The notes under the pieces were generated by a model. That model made no database searches. It saw only the letters and a list, made by a program, of their open reading frames with translations, and had not been told where the DNA came from. The position numbers were made by a program, and so were the translations under genes. From Waddliaceae bacterium (GTDB lineage: Bacteria > Chlamydiota > Chlamydiia > Chlamydiales > SLFE01), in assembly GCA_963783885.1 (NCBI GenBank), contig CAWAPJ010000010.1, positions 43,967-107,966 of the forward strand: DNA of 64,000 bases, written 5' to 3'. Shown piece after piece: positions 30,619 to 38,207 of this stretch (the stretch's first letter is position 1; every line of letters begins with the position of its first letter).

Positions 30619-31209
30619 TTACTTCTCGACAAAATGAAGGGCAACGCCGTTGATGCAATAGCGGTGTCCGGTGGGGGGCGGTCCGTCGTCAAAGACGTGG
30701 CCCAAGTGGCTCTCGCAGCGGTTGCAATGCACTTCAACACGCGTTGTGAAGAATTTACGGTCAAGATTGTATCCTACATGGGAGGGGTCGATCGGAGCCC
30801 AGAAGCTGGGCCAGCCTGTTCCCGAATTAAACTTGGTTTCCGAACTAAAAAGCGACAGATCGCATGCCGAGCAAGCATAAATGCCCGGTTTTTTATTGTC
30901 CAATAATTTCTTGTCGCTATAGGCCGGTTCGGTTCCGTTTTCTCTCATGACTAAATATTGTTCGGGAGACAGCCTCTTTTTCCATTCTTCATTGGTTAAA
31001 ATCAATTTTTTTCCGGTATAGGGCTTGGCTCCATATTTTTTTTCGAGCATCTGCTTTTCCTTTTGCGAATTTTTGTCGGAAGAACTGGGATAATAAGTTT
31101 GAAAGAGAAGCCAAAGAAGGGCTGCGGCGACAATGACAGCGGCAATAATTAAAAATTGAGTATCTTTTCTCATATAAATTCTTTTACCTCTCCCTTGTTT
31201 CCTTTGCAA
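30619..31209 (-). CDS. msrB: Peptide-methionine (R)-S-oxide reductase with N-terminal TM anchor (start uncertain)
   Basis: GTE, CSAC, SGTGWPSF, RVEVHC..C.SHLGHVFDDGPPPTGHRYCIN. Confidence 0.95.
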   Translation of the reverse strand: MQRKQGRGKRIYMRKDTQFLIIAAVIVAAALLWLLFQTYYPSSSDKNSQKEKQMLEKKYGAKPYTGKKLILTNEEWKKRLSPEQYLVMRENGTEPAYSDKKLLDNKKPGIYACSACDLSLFSSETKFNSGTGWPSFWAPIDPSHVGYNLDRKFFTTRVEVHCNRCESHLGHVFDDGPPPTGHRYCINGVALHFVEK

Positions 31210-31256
31210 GCTTTTCTTGTTTTATAGTATAATTAATGTCTTAGAAGGAGGCTGTT

Positions 31257-31595
31257 ATGTTAGTTGTTGTCTCGATTTTAATCAGTGCTGTCGCGGTTTT
31301 CGTCACCGGCTATATTTTACCAGGAATTCAAATCGAGTCCCCTTTAACAGCGCTTGTGGCTGCCGTTGTTTTGGGCTTTATCAATGCTTTTATCCGCCCG
31401 ATTCTGATTATTTTGACGCTTCCAATAACTATTTTGACCCTTGGGCTGTTTACTTTTGTCATTATGGCTTTGATGGTCATGCTGACAAGCTGGATTGTGC
31501 CCGGTTTTCATGTGGCGGGTTTCTGGTGGGCCTTGGCCTTTGCCCTGGTCTTTGCTATTTTTAACGGTTTTTTGGGTTCAGCTGTCCGAAATTAA
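31257..31595 (+). CDS. YvlD/DUF360 (holin-like) membrane protein
   Basis: LGFINAFIRPILIILTLPITILTLGLF. Confidence 0.85.
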   Translation: MLVVVSILISAVAVFVTGYILPGIQIESPLTALVAAVVLGFINAFIRPILIILTLPITILTLGLFTFVIMALMVMLTSWIVPGFHVAGFWWALAFALVFAIFNGFLGSAVRN

Positions 31596-32939
31596 TCTTA
31601 CAACGGTTTCGGCTGAGAGAAGTGCTCCTTCCATTTTTCCGTTCCACACAGCCGATGTTTCGGTTCCAGCCCAATGGATCTTGCCGATAGGTCTTTTCAG
31701 CGCCGGACCGCATGTTGTCCAAACACCTTGGGGAAAAAACCCTCCATAGCATCCCCGGCAATAAGGGTCTTCAGCCCAGGATTTCTCGTGATAGCCGATA
31801 ATGTCTTTTGCCTGGGGCCCAAAATATCGGACGAGGTCTTTGAGTATGGCTTTTGAGCGTTCGCTTGACGTCAGTGCTGAGAGGTGTAAAGCCTGCTGCC
31901 CTTCGATAAAAGCTAAAATGATTCCCGGTTTTCCTGAAGGGGGAGAATTGTCTGTGCAGATTCGAACAGTTCCGGAATCGCTCAGCACAGCTCCGGACAG
32001 ACCTTCCTTTCTCCAGAATGGATTCTGGTAGACACAATGAACTTTGGCGACCCATTCCAGAGGTGTCCGCTGCATCAGCTGATCGCGCATGGCAGGGAGG
32101 GGAGGTTCGTAATGAATACGAGCGGCAAGAGGAGGAGGCAGGGTAACAATCACATTTTTTGCCTCTACAATCACCTCTTTCCCGAAAACTTCAACGTTTT
32201 TGTCGTTGGTATGAATATCATCGATTCTCGTATTGAGAATAACGCGGCCGGTAAAATCTTCTGCCATGCAGTGAAGAAGCTGACCGGCTCCGCCGTCAAT
32301 TCTGAGTTCCGGTTCTGCCGAGGGTGAAACAAAAGGGACGAGCGGATCACCCGATCGAATGCAGAATAGAGCGCCCAAAAGCGATGTGCTTCCGGGACAC
32401 GGAGCGTAAACGCCCTCGATGCTTTGGATAATGTGGGAGCGGGCTTCGATCGATTCGGACTCCCTTGCCAGCCATTGATTCAGGGATTGCGCGTCCCATT
32501 CTTTAGCATAGGGACACTCCCAGGGTTTATCCAGGGGAACCGATTCAGCCATTTCGGTTAATGCTGAAGCCAGGCGCAAAGTTTCATTTTCTTCTGCCTC
32601 ATTATCAAAAAGACTCTCTTTGAGAAAACGCTTGCCCGCTTTATAGAAAATTTGTTTGCCTTCTTCGAAAACAGGGAAAGTATTTAATTGATATTTCTTC
32701 AGCAGTCCCAAAATGCGGTCTTGTCCCGGACTGATATACTGAGCGCCCGCGTCGATGAAAGGAGCAAACGTGGGATGTTCGGTTAGAATCCGTCCTCCGA
32801 TTCTATCTGCTGCTTCCAATACGATGACATCTAATCCCTTTTCCGCCAGCAATGAAGCTGCGTAAATTCCTGAGAGGCCGGCACCGACAATGGCAGCATC
32901 GCATTGATAGCGAGAGTTTGCTGATTGAGAATTGCTCAT
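31578..32939 (-). CDS. Flavin monoamine oxidase family protein
   Basis: VGAGLSG, LEA.DRIGGR, IHWAGTETS...GKMEGA. Confidence 0.9.
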   Translation of the reverse strand: MSNSQSANSRYQCDAAIVGAGLSGIYAASLLAEKGLDVIVLEAADRIGGRILTEHPTFAPFIDAGAQYISPGQDRILGLLKKYQLNTFPVFEEGKQIFYKAGKRFLKESLFDNEAEENETLRLASALTEMAESVPLDKPWECPYAKEWDAQSLNQWLARESESIEARSHIIQSIEGVYAPCPGSTSLLGALFCIRSGDPLVPFVSPSAEPELRIDGGAGQLLHCMAEDFTGRVILNTRIDDIHTNDKNVEVFGKEVIVEAKNVIVTLPPPLAARIHYEPPLPAMRDQLMQRTPLEWVAKVHCVYQNPFWRKEGLSGAVLSDSGTVRICTDNSPPSGKPGIILAFIEGQQALHLSALTSSERSKAILKDLVRYFGPQAKDIIGYHEKSWAEDPYCRGCYGGFFPQGVWTTCGPALKRPIGKIHWAGTETSAVWNGKMEGALLSAETVVRLISDS

Positions 32940-32995
32940 ATTTTATCAAAAGGCGCCGAAAAACCTCTTCCTTTAGGTGGAGGATGTAAGGCGCT

Positions 32996-33412
32996 CTATA
33001 CAGGTGTTTGTTGTTGTTCAATATATTTCCGAATAATATCAATGGGAGCACCTCCACAGCTACCAGCGAAATAGCTCGGAGACCAAAAGTTGCTTTTCCA
33101 AAGGAATTTGCGAATATATTCTCGATGGTCCCTTTTAATAAGTCGACTTGAAACACCTTTCAAGCTATTTACAAGTTTTGAGATACTTACTTTTGGCGGG
33201 TAGTTCACCAATAGGTGGACATGATCATTTTCACCATCAAACTCTATGAGTTCTGATTCAAAATCATCACAAACATCAGAGAAGATTTGTTTCAGGTCCT
33301 TTAAAATTGTTTTGTTAAATACTTTCCTGCGATACTTAGTGACAAAGACCAAATGTACATGCATGTTGAAAGTGCAGTGTCTTCCATGACGAATAGATGT
33401 TGACTTTTTCAT
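32996..33412 (-). CDS. tnpA: IS200-type HUH (Y1) transposase
   Basis: HLVFVTKYRR, DHVHLL, LKGVSS, WSPSYF, YIEQQ. Confidence 0.95.
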   Translation of the reverse strand: MKKSTSIRHGRHCTFNMHVHLVFVTKYRRKVFNKTILKDLKQIFSDVCDDFESELIEFDGENDHVHLLVNYPPKVSISKLVNSLKGVSSRLIKRDHREYIRKFLWKSNFWSPSYFAGSCGGAPIDIIRKYIEQQQTPV

Positions 33413-33435
33413 AGACCAAATTGTAGCATCGGTTC

Positions 33436-34653
33436 ATGTTAATCCGCAAAGCCTATAAGTTTCGATTAAAGACAGATCATGAGATTGAAGAGAAACTGAC
33501 GCAATTTGCTGGTTGCTGTCGTTTTTTGTGGAATAAAGCTTTAGCTCTTAACCTAAGAAGACTGGAAGAAAAGCAACCTTTAATGTGGTATAGAGAGCTT
33601 GCATTTTGGCTTACTTTTTGGAAGCGAACAAAAGAGCATCAATTTTTAAAGCAGGCCCATTCTCAGCCCCTTCAACAAACCTTAAAGCAATTAGAAAGAG
33701 CTTTTAAGGATGGGTTTGATACAAAACAGCCACTTAAACGAATTCCTAAATTTAAAAAGAAATTTTCTGGGGATACCTTTAGTTACCCTCAGGGATTTAA
33801 ATTCGATAACCGACGTGTATATCTCCCCAAGATAGGATGGGTTGGTTTTCACAAAAGTCAAAATATAGAAGGAACTCAAAAGAATCTGACTGTGAAAAGA
33901 GAGGCTGATGGGTGGTATATATCGGTCCAAGTAGAACTTGAGGTTCCAGATCCGAAACACTCTTCACAATCCTGTATTGGAATTGATCTTGGGGTTTCGC
34001 GGTTTGCTACTCTCTCTACAGGAGAGTACTATAAACCTCTTCATTCATTTAGAAAGCACGAGACAAAACTGGCTAAATTACAAAGAGATCTATCCAGAAA
34101 GGTTAAATATTCAAACAATTGGAGGAAGCAGAAAAGAAAAATTGCCAAGCACTATCGTAAGATTCGAAATTGCCGAAATGACTATATCCATCAAATCACA
34201 AGAAGAATAAGCAAAAACCACGCTTCCGTCTTTTTGGAAGATTTGACGATCAAAAATATGTCAAAATCAGGAAGAGGATCCCCGGAGGTGCCAGGTAGAT
34301 ATGTAAAACAAAAATCTAGATTGAACAAGTCTATCCTTGACCAAGGATGGGGAATCTTTTGCAACTTTCTCCGTTACAAACTGTCTTGGTTAGGAGGAGT
34401 ACTCCGATTTGTGAATCCACGATATACCAGCCAGAAGTGCCCAAAGTGCTCGTATATTGATTCTGAAAATAGACCGGGCCAATCAAAATTTAAGTGTCTT
34501 AAGTGTGACTATGAAAGTAATGCTGACCTAGTCGGCGCACTCAATATTTTAGCGGCAGGGCTTGCCGCGATAGCCTGTCAAGCGAATCCCATAAGGGGTC
34601 GGCAGCAGGAACCTGTAGGAAACCGCGAGGGAGTACTATCCTGTGTAGTCTAA
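33436..34653 (+). CDS. tnpB: RNA-guided endonuclease TnpB
   Basis: KAYKFRL HTH; RuvC GIDLG / LEDL / NADLVGALNI; Zn finger CPKC-CLKC. Confidence 0.95.
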   Translation: MLIRKAYKFRLKTDHEIEEKLTQFAGCCRFLWNKALALNLRRLEEKQPLMWYRELAFWLTFWKRTKEHQFLKQAHSQPLQQTLKQLERAFKDGFDTKQPLKRIPKFKKKFSGDTFSYPQGFKFDNRRVYLPKIGWVGFHKSQNIEGTQKNLTVKREADGWYISVQVELEVPDPKHSSQSCIGIDLGVSRFATLSTGEYYKPLHSFRKHETKLAKLQRDLSRKVKYSNNWRKQKRKIAKHYRKIRNCRNDYIHQITRRISKNHASVFLEDLTIKNMSKSGRGSPEVPGRYVKQKSRLNKSILDQGWGIFCNFLRYKLSWLGGVLRFVNPRYTSQKCPKCSYIDSENRPGQSKFKCLKCDYESNADLVGALNILAAGLAAIACQANPIRGRQQEPVGNREGVLSCVV

Positions 34654-34672
34654 TCACAGGAATCCTCTTCCT

Positions 34673-35206
34673 TTAGGGAGAGGAGGATGTCAACTCTTCA
34701 ACTGAAATGACAGATATCTCATATGAGGACTTGTTTATACAAAAAACCTTACCCCATTGATACTGGAAGTCAGGGTGTAGATGCGCTGAAACCCAAGCCG
34801 AGATGGATTTAAACGCAATGAGACGATTTCTCACCTCTGATGGAGAATCGAATGTTACTGCATATACTGGAGCCCGTTCCTCATTGACCCAGGTCCCGAA
34901 AGTGGCAAAGTGAATTAGTTCTCCATCTGCAATGTCCTTGTTTGGATCTAGTAATCGCTTATTGTTGCCAAGCCGGTCAGGTCTTGAGTTCTTTTCGATT
35001 CCCTGAACAATGGAGGCGTACATTAAAATCAAGCGAGTTAGGTTGATGTTCCTTTTTGATGATATGAATTCATTAAAAAATCCTTTAATACAGGAGTGAA
35101 ACAAAAATTTTTGGACATTCCTTTTTGTATCAGTGTCGCCTTTGAGCTTGTCAAGTAGAGCCTGTTGCATGGCTTCTGCTTTGAGACAGACACTGAAAAG
35201 TAGCAT
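34673..35206 (-). CDS. Hypothetical protein fragment, probably 5'-truncated; last codons read into the IS right end
   Basis: ORF track; abuts a 5'-truncated SDR gene with no room for promoters. Confidence 0.35.
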   Translation of the reverse strand: MLLFSVCLKAEAMQQALLDKLKGDTDTKRNVQKFLFHSCIKGFFNEFISSKRNINLTRLILMYASIVQGIEKNSRPDRLGNNKRLLDPNKDIADGELIHFATFGTWVNEERAPVYAVTFDSPSEVRNRLIAFKSISAWVSAHLHPDFQYQWGKVFCINKSSYEISVISVEELTSSSP

Positions 35207-35215
35207 TTTTTCGTC

Positions 35216-35699
35216 ATCAGTAAAGCGGCAGAAGAGATCGGAGCACTCGATATATTGATCAATAATGCCGGCGTCCTTCCGAAAGGAACATTGCTGGACG
35301 AATCTTATGAAGAGCTGCTCAATGGCTTTCAGGTCAATCTTATGGGGCCGCTCAATTGCATCCGCACTTTTGTGCCGGGCATGGTGGAAAGAGGGTATGG
35401 AAGGATTGTCAACGTCTCTTCGGGATGGGGGAGTTTTGACGAAGGGTTGCAGGGCCCCGCGGTTTATAGCATTTCAAAAGCGGCATTGAATGCTGTGACA
35501 GTGACAACTGCCCGAGCTCTTACCGGCAATGTAAAAATTAATTCCATGTGTCCCGGCTGGGTTCATACAAGAATGGGAGGGGAAAAACGCACCCCGCACT
35601 CCTGAAGAGGGGGCCGATACGATTATTTGGCTGGCGACGCTCCCTGAAAGCGGACCTACAGGCGGGTTTTTTCGCGACAGAACTGAAATTTCCTGGTAA
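35216..35699 (+). pseudogene. SDR oxidoreductase pseudogene (N-terminus lost, +1 frameshift near 35585)
   Basis: LDILINNAG, VNVSS, YSISK and CPGWV.T.MGG present, no TGxxxGxG. Removing one A restores ENAPRTPEEGADTIIWLA...GGFFRD...W*. Confidence 0.85.
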
Positions 35700-35725
35700 A
35701 TTAGCCCGCGGAAGCGGGCTAATTT
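35698..35725. terminator. Bidirectional intrinsic terminator
   Basis: AAATTAGCCCGC-GGAA-GCGGGCTAATTT between convergent genes. Confidence 0.75.
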
Positions 35726-35739
35726 TTATTCTGAGTAGA

Positions 35740-36450
35740 TTACAATCTATAGTTCACCAGCAAACGAGCATTCCAGAGGGAGTCATTATGTCCGAAGCTG
35801 TAAAAGAGTTCAGATTCAGCTTTGAATGTCTTGTATGTATCCTGAAAATGAAGGAAAAGAACTTCAGCTCCAACTGTCAGATTGCGGCAGAAGAACAGCT
35901 CTGTGCCAACGCCTCCGGTCCATCCCCAGCGGGTGTTGCAATGATGAAAATCATCGGGTACGTCCCGCCATCTTGTTTCGAAATTGGCAACTGCAGCTCC
36001 GGCAGTAACATAGACCAGAGCATCGCAAACCGCAAGACCCGCACGAGCGCGTATTGTGGTGTACCAGTCGATGTCGTTTTTAAGAAAATCGTTATCGGAG
36101 TTGTTGTTCGGATCGTCAAGGAGCTTCGTGCCGGTGTAGACAGCGTTCCAATCTGCGACAATGCCAACCAGCCTGTTGTTGCATTGCCAATCGTATCCCC
36201 CCTGTACTCCGCCTGCGACATCGGTGTTCAGTGTGGACCACCCCGAATTGTCTGTAAGGAAGCCATCAAGATCGTTGCGGCGGGCTACATGGCTAAAAAC
36301 GCCTACATTGCCCCCGATATAAAATCCGTTAAAGCTATACTCGCAACAGCAAGGATCATAATCGCATTGAGGCGGGCAGCAATAATCCATAGCGGATGCT
36401 GTTGAAATCCAGCAAGCTGCAAGTGCCAGACCAAAAAACAATTTTTTCAT
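35740..36450 (-). CDS. Outer-membrane beta-barrel protein (Omp25/OmpA-TM-like) with Cys-rich N-terminus
   Basis: SD GGAGG, signal peptide, GFYIGGNVG, GGVQGGYDWQ, RARAG, GWTGGVGTE, C-terminal LVNYRL. Confidence 0.85.
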   Translation of the reverse strand: MKKLFFGLALAACWISTASAMDYCCPPQCDYDPCCCEYSFNGFYIGGNVGVFSHVARRNDLDGFLTDNSGWSTLNTDVAGGVQGGYDWQCNNRLVGIVADWNAVYTGTKLLDDPNNNSDNDFLKNDIDWYTTIRARAGLAVCDALVYVTAGAAVANFETRWRDVPDDFHHCNTRWGWTGGVGTELFFCRNLTVGAEVLFLHFQDTYKTFKAESELFYSFGHNDSLWNARLLVNYRL

Positions 36451-36602
36451 AAAAAAATACCTCCATTTATAGGTTTTTACCAAATCTATCAAATTACTTT
36501 TTTTTTGTATTTATTAAAATAGGAAAATTTTGAGGTAAAACCAAATTTATCAATTCTTAACAGTCTTTAGATAAAATATTTTATGAACCTTAAAGAGACA
36601 AT

Positions 36603-37325
36603 TTGGATTATCACCTTAGAAATAATTACATAGTCGAAGAAAAATCTAAATTTAATATTGCTCTTGATTGGCTCTCGACTCCCTGCAGAGCTGTTCTGGG
36701 CGGGAGGACAATCAACCTTCTAACCGGTGAAGAAGGCCGGGAAATGACCACCGCAAAAAAAGTTGCCATTGCTGTTCTTTCGATCATCTTTTTTCCTGTA
36801 GCTGTTATTTCTGTTTTCAGCTTTACATTAAAAGCCGTCATTTTCCCTAGTCATGGCGAGAGAAGGGTACTTGATGCCTGGAATAAGATGAATTCAGCAA
36901 AAAAAACATTTGATGATGCTTTCAAAGAAAATCAATATGCTGTGGCTTTGAGGCAAGTGGACAAATATCCCGGGTTAAAAGCTGCCAAACAAAAACAACT
37001 TTATCAAATAGGAAAAGTTTATCTTGGAAAGAAATCCCTCAATATAACTTCTGCATTCAATAAAAAGTATTTAGATTCATTTTACACTGAAAAATTGATT
37101 CAGGATGCCATTGAATATTATTTAAGCAATGATCCTAAGCAGTTTGCAGAAGTGAGTTTACGAGTATTGATAAACTGTAACGACCTCAACAACTCCCAAA
37201 AAATTGCTTTAATTGACCAACTTTTAGAATCATTTAAGCCCAACGAAACAGACGAACAGAAACTCAAATCGGCAAAATCAAAAGTGAGCGGCATCCTGAT
37301 CAATTTGAGGAACTCCTGGAAATAG
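36603..37325 (+). CDS. Hypothetical protein with an N-proximal hydrophobic segment (Inc/effector-like)
   Basis: VAIAVLSIIFFPVAVISVFSFTLKAVIF followed by a helical domain; AT-rich. Confidence 0.5.
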   Translation: MDYHLRNNYIVEEKSKFNIALDWLSTPCRAVLGGRTINLLTGEEGREMTTAKKVAIAVLSIIFFPVAVISVFSFTLKAVIFPSHGERRVLDAWNKMNSAKKTFDDAFKENQYAVALRQVDKYPGLKAAKQKQLYQIGKVYLGKKSLNITSAFNKKYLDSFYTEKLIQDAIEYYLSNDPKQFAEVSLRVLINCNDLNNSQKIALIDQLLESFKPNETDEQKLKSAKSKVSGILINLRNSWK

Positions 37326-37398
37326 AACAAGCTTCTGAGCTATTGTCAAATATTGCGTTTTGAAATGATGAGCGTACCCTTTATTCATTCTTTTGCTA

Positions 37399-37559
37399 AG
37401 ACCCTGATTGCTACCTAAACTTGCCGTTAAAATCTTTCATTGAATTCATCTGCTAAGCCTTGATTATAGGCAAGGGATTACCCTTGCCTTCAAATCGAGT
37501 CTACGCATCTGAATCCAACGAAAGACTTTAACAACAAGTTTAGGTAGCAATCAGGGTCT
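37399..37559. repeat. 161-bp palindromic MITE/RPE-like element (family B)
   Basis: Perfect 25-bp TIRs AGACCCTGATTGCTACCTAAACTTG; inner imperfect arms and central AGGCAAGGG-ATTA-CCCTTGCCT; partial copies at 38020-38035, 54940-54982 and 57637-57657. Confidence 0.85.
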
Positions 37560-38019
37560 ATGGGGGCTGCAGCTATATTTATCCTTTTGGAAAGGCAAAA
37601 AAGGTTCGAAAGAGCCCATGATTGTGGTTTCGAATCATGACTTTGAAGATGCGTTAGCGGTCTACAAAAGGCGATGGGAAATAGAGACGCTTTTTGGGTG
37701 TCTTAAAAGTCGCGGCTTTCGCATGGAGGATACTCATGTAACCGATCCGGATAAGATCGAGAAAATCCTCTTTGTCTTGGCTATCGCCTTCTGCTGGGCC
37801 TATAGAACGGGTGAAATCCAGTCCAAGATCACCCCCATTCGGAAGAAATCCCATGGGAGAAAGAGTAAAAGCAAATTTCGACTGGGACTGGATATAATTC
37901 GGAGGGCTCTCATGAATCTCGGGTCTAATATTAATGAAATCAAACAGATACTGTGGCCTTTATCCTGCTTAGAAAGAGGAGGTTGTCATGTGTGAAATGA
38001 TTTTTTGTCCAGTACAGAG
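37560..38019 (+). mobile_element. 3' remnant of an IS4-family (ISAba1/IS10-group-like) element
   Basis: Transposase C-terminus YKRRWEIETLFGCLKSRGF (YREK motif); right IR reads CTCTGTACTGGACAAA on the minus strand. Confidence 0.8.
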
Positions 38020-38207
38020 GTAGCAATCAGGGTCTAAGCTACTTTTTGTTCTTCCTTGATCTCTTCACCGTTTCTATTAAACTCTAAAAATGGCGCGATT
38101 AGAGAACAAAGCCGTGTTTAGAGACTTTCTCTGAGTTGAAATTTATATAATCTTAATATTTACATATTATAATATATTTTTGAATAAAATTCAATATATA
38201 GTAACAA

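Larger units (their letters stand above)
32947..34693 (+). mobile_element. IS200/IS605-family element (IS605 group, divergent tnpA/tnpB), apparently complete
   Basis: Left end follows TTAT, with hairpin CCTCTTCCTTTAGGTGGAGG; right end GAAT-CCTCTTCCTTTAGGGAGAGG...TCAA. Confidence 0.9.

Noticed and set aside
31257-31595. Prophage suggested by the holin-family gene
   Set aside because: YvlD/DUF360 proteins are common chromosomal genes; no phage genes nearby
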